A stretch of 62,282 bases of DNA, filler included, from Dirinaria sp. TL-2023a (Eukaryota): assembly GCA_051941275.1 (NCBI GenBank). It is 29 parts of 29 records of this genome, joined end to end, with 100 filler letters (N's around TTAATTAATTAA, not from the genome) between each part and the next. Parts side by side here need not be neighbours in the genome. Positions count along the whole stretch, not along the records: positions 36,784 to 38,836 come from JAVEBF010002423.1; positions 38,937 to 40,983 come from JAVEBF010002424.1; positions 41,084 to 43,126 come from JAVEBF010002425.1; positions 43,227 to 45,266 come from JAVEBF010002426.1; positions 45,367 to 47,402 come from JAVEBF010002427.1; positions 47,503 to 49,532 come from JAVEBF010002428.1; 23 more parts are not named here. One strand, given 5' to 3'. Below the pieces are notes generated by a model, which was not told the DNA's origin, did no database searches, and saw nothing but the letters and a program-made list of their open reading frames with translations. The translations under genes were made by a program, and so were the position numbers. Below, piece after piece: positions 36,684 to 49,532 of the stretch (the first letter of the stretch is position 1; every line of letters starts with the position of its first letter).

Positions 36684-37526
36684 NNNNNNNNNNNNNNNNN
36701 NNNNNNNNNNNNNNNNNNNNNNNNNNNTTAATTAATTAANNNNNNNNNNNNNNNNNNNNNNNNNNNNNNNNNNNNNNNNNNNNGATTTAGTTTCCCGTGG
36801 AATTAAGAGACTACTCGAGCTTTAGACATGATTAAGAACCAAAAGAAATAGTCTTTTTCTCTTTTCTTTTGCCCCCTTGAGTGTCATGCTGCATCGAGAT
36901 TTTCAGTCTAAAGTTTTTCTCAAAATCCCCTATATAGAATATATGAATGTACATACACATGACTCGATCCACGTTCACGTACATCTATGTTTTATTTCTT
37001 AATGTGTTTATTCTCTGCTGAAATACCAATGGATTTGTTTTTGACTTCGCGATATAAGAAAAGTTATTCTTTTTCGAATAATCTTTTTCATTTTCAGGTG
37101 CAGGGAAATAGGTGGGAAGTGGAGTAGGGGGTTTTGGATCTCGCTAAGATACTGATATACTTTGCTGAGCGTTCAGGCGTGTTCAGGCTTTTTAATGGCG
37201 TTGAGAGACGGGATCTCGAGACTCCAACTTATGAAGACTCGGTACTGAGAGATCGTCTGAGTCAGATGAGTATCAGGATATGCTATGGGGAAAAGGGGCC
37301 AACGGTTTCTTCAGTATAGAAGGTAAGAGTGGTTATTGCGGGCTATTGTCAGGATTGAACGAGATAGCTGGCTCTTTAGATGCAAATCAGAGAGATCTAG
37401 GCCTTTGTTGAAGTGTCGCTCTTTTACTGTACAGTGCTGCTTGGAAGGAAGATTGTGCATCCGTTACTCACTATGTGTCCTCTATCCGTCCTTGAAGTAT
37501 CTGACATCACACTGGTATAGCAATAT

Positions 37527-38597
37527 TCAAGGTCGAGCGGTTGGAAATGGCAGCCTCCGATGCATCCTCGCACTGATCTCGGCATACTCCTTCTCGTTCT
37601 CAGGAGTGATAGCTCCATGTCTCATGAGGAAATCGATCATGACCAGCGCCGAATTCGTCTTGAACTCGGCTCTCGCAAGCGCATCCTTGACCTGTTCCAC
37701 ATCCCACAGATAGAATTCCCTCACCTCTTCATCGCCGGGCGTCAGAACCACGTCCCCGCCAACCTCCAGATCATACACATAGATTAAATCCGGGGATACT
37801 AAGCCCCTCTCTCCCCCGTCTCCAGCATCACTCAATCCAACGTACGAAAGCACGCCGCAGCTGTGAGCGTTTTCCCGAACGAATTCCTCGGGCAGAGAAG
37901 CTTCTTCGGCCGCCTCGCGGACAATACACTCAAAGGGGCCTTCGCGGGCAGTGACACCGCCCGCTACTGTACTGTCCAAGCGATTCGGGTAGGTGAATAG
38001 GGTGGCGGATCGGCGGGGGACCCAGATTTTCATCCCACCACCACCACCACCCGCGGTCCGCGTGAAGACTGTTAGATGGGCGCCGCGGGCGATGATCCCG
38101 AAGAGGGAGCGCGCGAACCGTTCAATGGCGACGGGGTGCTTTGCGCCGATGATGGGGTAGGGTTCGCTATGCTGGCCGTGGAGAACGCTGAAGGTATTTT
38201 TGCGCAGCGCGACGCGGATGAGTTTGGAGAGTGCTGCGGTGCAGGATGAAAAGTAATCGTATGCGGGGTAGGCGTCATCATCGGACATGTTTGCGACCAG
38301 GTGCACGGTACGCTTTGTATGATCGACTTTGAATTCGGTAGTCCATGGCATCGATCGCACCACGGACTCTAGCATGAGGCCATGCGGTCGAGGATCGTTT
38401 AGTAAGAGGAAGGTATAATATGATCGAACGCTGTTAGATTGTGTTCGGGAAATATCATCATATGAAGAATCGTCATATGGGAAGCTAAGTAAACACAGCA
38501 TGAGCGCAATTGTTTCGTGTCTCAAACCTTTGCAGAACGTGACTTACCTATCGCACTCGTTCACCAGGTCAAGATTGCTCTTAAATAGACCCGTCAT
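37527..38597 (-). CDS. NUDIX hydrolase (thiamine pyrophosphokinase-related, YJR142W-like); intron 38547..38485
   Basis: SNLDLVNECD|SFPY, LFGIIARGAHL, IWVPRRS...YPNRLDSTVAGG, REAAEEASL Nudix box, YVYDLE, EFKTN, HRRLPFP. Confidence 0.88.
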
Positions 38598-39291
38598 CGC
38601 AGAGAAATGCTTCGCTTATCTTGAACAGATATATGAGATGCTTAGCAAACGAGACAAATTATCCTTTAAAGAAACCCATTCACTCTCGAATCGCGCATGG
38701 CCTTTTACATAGAAACAACACAAATTCAGCGAAATTCAAAAACACTAGAACAATGTGAAAAGAATCTCGACTACATGTGTCTAAAGACATACGATCAAAA
38801 CAATTTAACAGTAGATTTTTCTTCAACATAAATATCNNNNNNNNNNNNNNNNNNNNNNNNNNNNNNNNNNNNNNNNNNNNTTAATTAATTAANNNNNNNN
38901 NNNNNNNNNNNNNNNNNNNNNNNNNNNNNNNNNNNNTGTCACATGGAACCAGGTCATAGTTTTCCTCAGCAGCAACGAAGTGATCCGTCGCAGATCGAGC
39001 TCTGGACTTATATCCACTTCAGCATCCGTCAAGCGAGGAGAAGAAGGGTATCTTTCGACGTCCTCCCAATCCGGTGATGCTCGGCGTTGCTAAACCTTTT
39101 TTTCCCTGATTGAAGAGACAGAGGCGTACAGGCTCAAGTTTCCCGACAATGTGGATGCTTGTCTGTCAGGGGAAGATAACTCTTCTGACAGCACTTGCCG
39201 TCAACTTTCTGCGACAAAGGAAACGCAATATCCTCATTACAGTTTTCTGTACTACGCAGCAGCTCCTTTCCCGAATTTCAACGCCGCAGAT

Positions 39292-39670
39292 ATGGTGCGA
39301 ACCGTCAATGCAGAACGCGAGCCGGTGGAGCTAGAGACGGGAAGCCAGCGCGAGAGGATGCAAGCGTTCAGTGAGTGGGAGGAAGAGACGCACGGTGGAC
39401 GGATCCAAAACTCACGAGCTTACAACACGGTCCTGAGGATGCGAGAGTTCAGTGAATGAAAAGAACAGACACGGTAGCAGAAATGTGAATTTGCAGTAAT
39501 GCTGTTTTCGAGCTCTTGGACCACAAGCAATTATGGTGAGAACCGTGAACGCCGAAGGCGAGCTGGTGGATCTAGAGACAGGGAGCCAGCGCGAGAGGAT
39601 GCAAGCGTTCAGCGAGTGGGAAGAAGAGACACACGATCCACGGACCCAAACTCACGAGCATACAACGCGG
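39292..39670 (+). repeat. Direct duplication (about 140 bp, period 241) of a short coding segment MVRTVNAE...FSEWEEETH
   Basis: Copies start at ATGs 39292 and 39533, with a partial third motif at about 39435-39472. Confidence 0.85.
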
Positions 39671-41816
39671 CGAAAATCCCCGCCGGTGGCCAGTTTTTGT
39701 TTGGGTGGTCTGGTCTACTGTGTCAGCTAAAGCTGGCAAAGCATTGAAGAATACGGATGGCTCGATGGTGTTCAGCTCTCAATCATACGTTGATCGCGCT
39801 AGTGGAATCAGCGATGACGATGAGTAGGTAAGTCGCCTGTCATACTCGAGGAGTTTGTTGTCGATGTATCTAATGGTCGGATATAGCTCGAAGGATCTCT
39901 GACAGAGTGCCAGCCAACTCTGGAGGAAGCGGGTAAGAAGAATGAAGGCCGCAGAGCAGAGCTTCAAGAGCTTCTCAACCTCGTCATGCCTAGACCTCTG
40001 AAAGGAGCGATTCCGTGAAACCGTGAAAACAGCGTGATACGAGACACTAGGCAAGGCCAAAATAATCAAGATCCGGTTAGAGAAACCGAACCATGACGAT
40101 CGTCAGGTTGATAGATCCTCGATTTCGAGCTTAAGTTTCGAATCCGTATCAGCTATGATATTTAGAAGCATCACAGAAGACTCCAAACATCAGTAATACG
40201 TCATGTAGCAAGCGCGCTGCTGAATCAAGATAAGCATGCCGGAACGATAAATCAATGTGTTCGAGCAATCAGTCCGAGAACCCGCACCATCCTCATCAAA
40301 ATCGTCGACAACAGCTTCTCCAACAACGTGCCGTGAACGCAATATGCACGGTCATTGACAAGTTCACCAAGAAACGGCATTATATACAATGTACCACCTC
40401 TTAAAGGACGGCACGGCAGAGCTCAACGCCCATATCCTCACCAAGTGGGGTATTTAGGACTCGTGAGCTTTTTGTTGAGTGGATTTCACGCTTATCTTGC
40501 TGCAGCTGCAGCACATGATAATGACGGAGTTGCTGCCTTGATAACCTACGTTCCAGACAATCCCACCAACATCCCACTTTCGGTGGTGCGGTGATAGGCT
40601 CTGCAGGTCTCTTGACTCCAGTCACTGATCACAGATTGTAGATTACGTAGATGTTCATGGTCTGGTATGAGAATGTGGAAAAGTCGGGAGAGCAAGGTCC
40701 GTGACCTAGGGATGGAACTTGAGACAAAAGAAGAGCACGTTTCAAAAATCGCTCGCGGGTACAATCCACAAGCTCCAGGTATCCGAGAAGACCAGTGACG
40801 AGGGGCTCATGCTGAGAATGCGGAAGCTCGAAGAATCCTCCAGAGAGAAAGAATACTCGATTATAAAGCATCCAAAAGCCAAAGACAGCAAAAGTTGGGG
40901 AACTCGAGCATGCCTTGAGAAAATTAGAAGCAGGGAGCGAAGAATTTGAGGACGAAGGTCAGCTATGCCTTCTCGCGATGTACNNNNNNNNNNNNNNNNN
41001 NNNNNNNNNNNNNNNNNNNNNNNNNNNTTAATTAATTAANNNNNNNNNNNNNNNNNNNNNNNNNNNNNNNNNNNNNNNNNNNNAGCATCTGTATGCTTTT
41101 GTTGACCGTGCACGAGAGCTTTCGAGTCTTGCAACGAGTACAGGGAGGTTTGGCGTTGGTCATGTGACATTTTATCTAGTCACGCTACTGAATCCCATCT
41201 ACTTTGCGAGTTGATGAGACTCAAATTGCTTCACTTACCTTCAGTTTACGACAGGCGACACATGCCGTGATCTTACGGGTGATATCAGGCGGTCTTCTGT
41301 CGCCGAAGGACTCGCGTAGTGCGATTGCTGCCGATGAGCCTGCCATTAAATCCAACGAAGCTGCAGAACTGCATTCAAGCGGAGATAGACCAGTATCTTT
41401 AACTCGCGAAAGCGCGAGAATGGAAATGAAAGTTGTACGAGGGTGGCAGGAATCACGGACTTCGTGCCGTGGGGATCGGCATGCCCAATATTATTGAGGG
41501 TTATCTTAAGCCCTAATCGGCGCTCGATTATTCCTCTTCTGCCAAGCCATGTTGAGGAGAAAGGAGATTTTAGATATCCTAGGGCTATTGCAGGGTTTCA
41601 ATAATGAGCAGGTCTGTCCTGACAGGATCAAATACAACAATCTTCCTCAGTGGCCGAACAAAATCATTTTAATTGACACGTAAGTGACAAATTGACGTTC
41701 GTGTCTGCACGCTTATAACAAACTAAAGCAGAATCCGCAGTCGAACTATTACACTTCTGCCTTAAAGTAACAAGTTTCGTAAACCCAGAGCCCTCCATCT
41801 AAGAAGAAGTTAAAAA

Positions 41817-43031
41817 ATGGACAAATCCATCGTCCAAGCCTTAAACGGCTTGATCCCCACGTTAACCGGCCCATTACCAACCGATCTTATAGATCTCGCT
41901 CTATCTCTTCTGACACAGTCACGGAGCAAAGCCAGCAGTCTGAAGGCCGAAGAGGAGATTGCTCGATCATATGCATGCGCCCATATTGCGTGCGAGAGGT
42001 ATGGCAATGGATCCAGACTACAAATAGTATTTCCATTGCTGAAAGGCTATGTGTGGCTAGGCTAAAGTCCAGTTTTGGATTACCTCAGATCCAACCACGG
42101 CCACCGTGTCCGCCGAGGATCTATCAGGAACTATATAGTTACCTCGACTCCGTATTGACGACAGGCGCTCGCTCAAGGGGGAGGCCGTCGCGGCAAGTCG
42201 GAGGTACACCTACGACCTCGCCTGCGAAAACGGGGACGCCGGCTAGATCCACAACATCTCGATCTTATGCATCGAGATTCATGACTAATTCGAGGCAGTC
42301 GGCTAACGCTCGAGAGATTCCGCCATGGGTCATGCCGCTTATTCGCCATCTCTGCAAAGCATTTAACGCCCCCGCAGCTCCACCCCATGTGTTTGCGGGA
42401 GTATCGTCCATTCTGACTTTGCCTGCTCCGGGCCAAGGAGATGGTAAATCTCTGCTGGATTCAGAGGAAGAGATCAATGTTTCGGCTTTGATCATAGTTG
42501 TGTATCTCCTCGTAGCGACACGGCTGACTGGTATCGCCACCCCTCCCGAGGAATTTATTCGTCAGAGGAATCTAGCTGTAGCTGCGATCACGGACTCGGA
42601 GATCCCAGAGGCAGTCGCAGAGGTAGCAGACGGAACAGATGCTGCTGCTCGTATCATGAGTTGGATGAGAGAGATCAGCAGCAATCGCTGGACTGAGCTC
42701 GACTGGTTCGCGAATGTCCGTGAAGGCAGTGGTTTAGGCTTGTCAACTGAACCAGTTGACGGAGAAGAAGATTCGGAAGATGAAGTTAGACATCACAAGC
42801 CGAGCAGTTCGATGGTGGAGGGCCTTGATCTTGATGAGGACGAAAGTCCGGATATTCTCAGACCGGGCCTGGGAACAATGGTGAGTACGGTTGGATCCTT
42901 TTTGAGTAGGGAAAGCTAAGTAGCGGCAGATGCAAGACCGAGTAGATTACCTTAGCGAACGACGACAGGTTGAGTATCGAGAATGGAAGAGAGGCATTCT
43001 CGCACGCATTCAGGAGCTGAAGCGCGCGTAG
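41817..43031 (+). CDS. ORC6: Origin recognition complex subunit 6; introns 41999-42060 and 42881-42929
   Basis: LLTQSRSKASSLKAEEEIARSYACAHIACERLK...PRPPCPPRIY...PGLGTMMQDRVDYLS...YREWK. Confidence 0.88.
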
Positions 43032-46000
43032 CAGCTGGAGGATCCGCTAGGCTTGAGTTGGACGATGGACTGTTGGTTACCTCGCCTTCATAAAGTCCAT
43101 CAGATCTAGGCTGCCCATTCCATTGGNNNNNNNNNNNNNNNNNNNNNNNNNNNNNNNNNNNNNNNNNNNNTTAATTAATTAANNNNNNNNNNNNNNNNNN
43201 NNNNNNNNNNNNNNNNNNNNNNNNNNTATCTTTTATTGCCATTCATCGTCGGACGGACCTGTGGGGTGAGGATGCACACCAGTACAGACCATAACGTTGG
43301 AATAACAATGCTGGATCTTAGATTGATGCGAACTCGATTTACTTAAGAAAAATTCGCGGCTAAGCTAGGTCTTTCTACCATTCAGCCGTGAATCGAGATA
43401 ATGTATTGAACGTAATTCGACATTTAGCAGCGCTTTTGATTAGATCTGTAGAAGACTGATAATGATATCCCGCGTCCACAGAGCAATTTAGCTTTGTACA
43501 CAACCCTGTGCCACTTGTTCAGAAAGCTCAAGACAAATGAACGCCCCAATCAAGACCCACGAATAGAAGATCTTGGCGCGGTGTGTTTCCCTCGTAACGA
43601 TATGACAGTTTCAATCAATCCAGATCGACGCAGAGAAGCTGGAGATCATGCTCCTTCGTAATGCTATACGTGATCTACATCAGTACTCCGTAGCAGTCGA
43701 ATTGACTCAAGATCAATTTAAAATACCGGCAAGCTCGGAAAGGCGCTTGAGTCTCTATTGGGATATTAATGGCTATGCTTTTTATTTTGAATTTTTAGAA
43801 TTGAATGGCGGGTTGGTGAGTTGTATTTCATTCCATCGTAGGGCTTATATACAATGTATATTCTCCTGATAGCACTTTTTTTTTTTCAGCAAGGCCGGCA
43901 AATCCCTTATAGAAAGATCGATACTCAGTTCATTCACGGCAATATGTATATCGAAACTTTAGCCTCGCTCCTTTCCGTTGAAGTAAAAAGAACCAACGCC
44001 GAGCTCACGAATAGCTATTAAATCAGCCATATACAAACCCTGAAAACTAAATAAAAAAGCCCACTGCTATCTCTCTCCAATTAACCCCCAACCCTCCCCC
44101 TCTCCCCACCTAAAACCCTTCCATCTCGCTTAAATCACTCCACAAAATTCCATTAAACATCCCTTCGATACATCCACCTCACCAGCAATAAACCGATCGA
44201 GACACGTCTCCCATCCATTAAATCCCAACCCTCGAACCTCAAATATAATCTTTCGCAAACCGGAGTACCGTATTCTTGAGCAATTCTCGTATTCTATCTT
44301 TCAAAATAGAATCTCAGCTGCCAATTTTCGCTCGCTCTGATATCGTTTGCCCGACTCAGCGGTCCGTCTCTGAACGCATGAGGGAAACATCCATCTTCAA
44401 CTCGTATGTTCTTCTAATGATCACTTTTTTCGCGAATCTTGACTTCAAAAAATAACAAATCAAAGTCAGAATAAATTAAAAAAGCGCATATATATGATTC
44501 TGTCATCGTCACGATTCAAGAAAGTCATCACTAAAATATATGTCTAACGAGATCCTCTGTCAGTCATGCTAGCATGACCGTCATTGGAGATGCCTGCTAT
44601 AGATATAGATATACTTTAGGCATCCTGCGCGAAGGAGAACAGCATTGCCCGCAGACGACCTTTTATCAATGTACCTTAGCTACAAAAAAAAAAAAAGGAA
44701 GGGGGGGGGGCGGGACTAGCCCCGTGCGTTTTCTTGGGAAAGATGCTTCTTCTTACTTTTTTCTTTTTTTATAGATCTTTTCCTCGATTCAAAAAATGGT
44801 ATTGTCGTGTTCACTGATGATGGAGATATTATTAACTTCAAAGCACGTCGTGAGTAATACTCTGAGTATTGTTACTCGCGTTATAAAGAACTACTACTAG
44901 ATGTCTACTCTTTAATCTCCATCGATCTGAGTAGTCAGTTGATGATAACTCGAGCTAAATTTCAGCAGAAAATTTATTTTCTAGAAAGGTATTTATCGAG
45001 TTGAGTCGAGTGGAGTCGAATCGAGTCCAGGCTATAGTGCTTTCGCTCCGTCATCCTCTCGACCGATCAATAGCGAAGCAAGAAAAACCTTCAATGAAAG
45101 ATTACAAATATCGAGAGAAGATAAAGGCGCTATGTGGCATCGTTATCAGGAAATATTATTACCGTAAAAACTATTTGCTCATTTTAAAAGCACCGACTTC
45201 TCAGCTCAAGAGTATACCTAAGCACGAAAACATTCCAACGAATCAAGCCCACAATCAAACCAGCAGNNNNNNNNNNNNNNNNNNNNNNNNNNNNNNNNNN
45301 NNNNNNNNNNTTAATTAATTAANNNNNNNNNNNNNNNNNNNNNNNNNNNNNNNNNNNNNNNNNNNNCTGTGTATCCGCCTCCTGCTCGTTGCATGCTAAC
45401 TTGCTGTGTTGCAGGAGCACAGATGTTTCGGGGTATCTCAATTCTCAAACCTAGCCCTCATTTGCAGTGGGCCTAACCATCTACATCCGGTTAATCTAGT
45501 AGGGGACCTACGGTTACATCTTAGAGGTACCTCTAAACTTTGACATAGGCCCAAAGTACATCAAGCCTACCAAGCGGAGCGCTACCTGTGCTTATTGTTC
45601 CTTTCTAATACGCTGAGGAATCTTCCATCTGAATTGTGGCTGCATACTCCGCCAAGTACATGTAGTGTGAGACGTCTGAATTCGACTAATAAATCTGGCT
45701 CAGAATTTTCACCCCCTGTAACGGCATCAACTGCACGCAAATATATATTCGGACTGGTGGACAATTCGGGTTTCAATTGGAGTTGTTGCACTATATATCG
45801 CCGGTCGCGAGCGAATTACCTCACATAAAGAATTTATGTGAAAACCGAATTGAGCGCCAATTCGTGGCAATGTGTATGAGGTGTGTCTACCTTAGGGTTA
45901 GTAACGTGCCTGACCTGATACCTTAGGGCTATTGCATCGCAAAAAGTGATCCTTAAGGTACTCCGTATTTTCAATTGAGTTGCGATTCTCGGGTAGACTT

Positions 46001-46453
46001 CCCCCGCTTGAAACGGAAGCTTTATCAGGTGAAGCTTCTTATCAACGGGCGCTTGCCTTTGCCTGGTTAGATTCCGACAGTCGAGAAGCTCCTCGATGTT
46101 TTGTGCAGAACCCGACAGGGCTCGAGCATTTATTATTACGCGGCGCATGGAAAAGCGGAACCTCTTTCCTTTATCTCCTTTCATTCGCGTCGCCCGTGGA
46201 CAGCAGGTGCCATCAACAGCTCGACAGCGGTCGTTCACTCGTTTCTGCCGCTACGAGACTCGTTGAGAGGCATCGCTCCTGCTCAATCGACTTGGAACAC
46301 TTACAGTTCCCACCTTCAGAAAGGAAACAAACCCACACTCGCTTCTCGACAGCCTTCTCTGCCATCCATCAATCTTTCGCGGACTTGCCCCACTCGCTCG
46401 CTTATCTATCTTCAATTCTTGAACATACTTGGCCTGGCAAGCTTGCTTGAGCG

Positions 46454-47402
46454 ATGTACCCAATGATCTTCTCCGTTGTCACTGTACTTGGAGCGATAGC
46501 AAACGTCGTGTCTGCCGCTTCGTCGTTACCCCAAATCTCAGCTGTAGGCTCCAAGTTCTTCACTGAGAATGGCGACCAATTCTATATCAAAGGGTGCGTT
46601 GCTCAACCATTCTGACCTGCTCAATGAAATGAACGCTGACGGTTGGTTTTGACAGCATTGCGTACCAGCTTGTCTCGACGGACCCGCTCCTTGACGAAAA
46701 TCAATGCAAGCTCGACGCATCTTCGATGCAGAAGCTGGGCGCCAATACTATACGAGTGTACCACGTGGATCCTACCGGTGATCACAGCGGCTGCATGAGC
46801 GCCTTCGCTAATGCTGGCATCTACCTCTTCGTGGATCTGGATACCTTTGATACACAGATCAACCAGGTAAGGTGGCCCAAGAATTCAAATATTGTTGTGT
46901 CTGACATGAATACGCCTCTAGGACTCGCCAAATTGGAACCAAACCCAATTGACTGCCTTCCAAAAGGTTCTGGACGAGTTTCAGCAGTACAGCAACACAG
47001 CCGGTGTTTTCGTTGGCAACGAAGTCCTTACGCGAGGTAAGTAGGCAAAGGCTGAGTAATAACGCTTGCTGACTGGCAACATAGCGAACGGTTCTGGAGC
47101 TGCTCCTTATGTCAAAGCCGCCTTAAGAGATGTCAAGGCTTACCGGGACTCGAAGAATTATCGCAAGATCCCTATCGGGTACTCTGCAGGTGCGTGACAT
47201 CTCAATAGTATTTAAACGGAAAAGCTGACATGGAAAAGCCGACATTACCGGACTTCGGCCTATGCTCCAAAACTATCTGGCCTGCGGCGACGACCCAAGT
47301 ATCAATGCTGATTTCTACTCCCTCAATGTGTACGAGTGGTGCGGAGCATCGAGCTACGAGGGCTCTGGCTACTCCATGCTTGAGCAGAACGCGACGGGCT
47401 AT
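46454..47402 (+). CDS. GH72 1,3-beta-glucanosyltransferase (Gas/Gel family), multi-exon 5' part
   Basis: Signal peptide, GSKFF..NGDQFYIKGIAYQ, LGANTIRVYHVDP..DHSGCM, VFVGNEV, PIGYSA, LNVYEWCG. Confidence 0.93.
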
Positions 47403-47994
47403 NNNNNNNNNNNNNNNNNNNNNNNNNNNNNNNNNNNNNNNNNNNNTTAATTAATTAANNNNNNNNNNNNNNNNNNNNNNNNNNNNNNNNNNNNNNNNNN
47501 NNTACGAGTATCAGTGAATCACTTCTTGCGCCAATTTTTTTTTTTTACAGATGAATGAGAGCAGATTGTGCTTCTGTTGTATCCATTGAAATTTTGTTTT
47601 GACTTATAATAAATCGCATAACTTATACAAGCAGGATGTTCAAGGACAGAGATATCGAGAGTTTGAATGACAGTCTGATGCAGTGCGGTGGATGGTTGAG
47701 ATTAGAGGATGTCGGGATGTTTTTTTTTTTTGTTTCGGGGAGGGGAATGGTGGATGGAGGACTTTTGCGGTTCGTAAGTTACTTACACGCCGCATTTCAT
47801 CTTGCTTGATATATGTATATTAATTTTTTTTTTTTTTTTTCCAAACTGAGGTCTGGGAGTGGGTAGTCTATAGAATGCAAAAAATACCATGCTTCAAAAT
47901 TTTGCCTATCCAATCAATACCTTCCTTCCCGTCTGCGCTATTATCACATTTACCCAAGAAACACGACAGAACCAACCACCAATGTATGTTCGGC

Positions 47995-49532
47995 TCACTG
48001 CATCAGGAAATCATCGTCCTTGCTCTCCTCCTCATGACCCTCATGCACATAAAGATTCGGCTCGTCATGGTGCTGGATATGTCTCTGAGTCGCCAACCTC
48101 GTGTCATCGCCCATCCCACCTCTACCGGCATCTCCGTCCAGCCCGCTCATATCGAGTTCGTAATGCGCATCTTCGCCCCCGTGACTCGGCTGGTATCCCT
48201 GCAATTGGTCTTCAGGCCGGTGCCCGAAAGGTGAGCTCGGCGGCTGCTGCGCATTGTGCATGATCTGCGGATCCAGCGGGATGTGATGCTGCGCGGGCGG
48301 GGAACTGTAGTCGTGCAGTGAGGGTGACAGATGGGGTTGGAGTTGATGGTAGGCGTGCATTTGTGCTACTGGGGCGGCGGCTGATGGTGAGTAGAGTGGT
48401 GGTGGGTTTAGACTGTGAGCGGACGTGTGCGAGGAGACAGAAGGCGTGTGGGGTGGTGGGGGATCCAAGTCGTCGAAGTTGACAAGGCGTTCTATGAGCG
48501 TGTTAGGGTCTTGGTGGCTGGCACTAGTTTGGCCGCCTTGTGGTCGTTTTTCTATGCCTGACGCTGAGAGCTCGTCTGCGGCGGGGCGTACAGTGGGTAT
48601 CTTTGTCGCGTCTTTACATTCGGGACAGTTCTTGATGGCCAGACTGACTGTTTCTTTGATACGTACCCAATGGTAATGCTCTGCAATGGCTGCGGTGGTT
48701 TTGTTGATGCCACCGTGTTGCGCAGCGTGCACCTGTCGCGCGATCTCATACTGCCGCTGTGGATTGGCCACGACTTCCTTGTCTTTTAGCATCAGACGTT
48801 CCTCTCCGTTGCGACCTTCTCCTGCTGGGATAAGCTTGTAATGAGTAGCTGCACTCCGTAAACGGCTTTTCTCGGCCCGGTCGGCGCCGTTCGGGTATTT
48901 CCCGTGTTTGAGGTAGAAATGGATCTTGTCGAAGCGCTCTTCGGAGACGAAGTCCTCTCCATCGGGGCCCAAGTCGCGGCCGTAGATTATGGCGTCCACA
49001 AGCTCGTCAGGATGGGACCGGAGATTCCCGCAGGCTTTGACGCGGCCGATGCGTTTGAAACCGAGGGCATCCCAGATGCGGCAGGACGCCACATTGGTCT
49101 CGTAAACAAGATTGAAAACGGAATATGTGTATCCCTAACTTCTTTAGCAAATTTGGCATCATAAGGGACATTTGCGAAAGCAGCAAGTACGGGAAGACGA
49201 ACAGAAAAATAAGCCTAAAAACTCAGACTAAATGCTCGAGTTGGTAATGCAGCAAGTGATAGAATGTGAACAGAAAAAGAAGCCTAGAACCTCAGAACGA
49301 ATGCTCCAGTTGCCAAATCAGCAAGGAATAGAAGACGAAAAGAAAGACAAACCTATGAAATCATAGAACAAGCAATTAGTCAACAGGAAACGAAGACAGA
49401 CATACCAACTTCGGCGCCCATTCCAAATACCCCTCCCCCATCAGCCTCCCTACACCCCGATTTCTCGCCGCGTCTGTGACCAAGAAACCCCCGTTGCAGA
49501 CATGACTCGATCTGCCTGGGTAATTGGGTTTG
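47995..49532 (-). CDS. SPT10: Spt10-like GNAT acetyltransferase with H2C2 zinc finger, 3' part; intron 49405..49135
   Basis: KPNYPGRSSHVCNGGFLV...RGVG...APKL|GYTYSVFNLVYETNVAS..IWDALGF, then H...HGGINKT...YHW...CPEC. Confidence 0.88.

Noticed and set aside
48620..48740. Integrase-like HHCC zinc finger suggesting a retroelement
   Set aside because: It follows a GNAT domain in an intron-containing, unmutated gene, which is the known Spt10 architecture.
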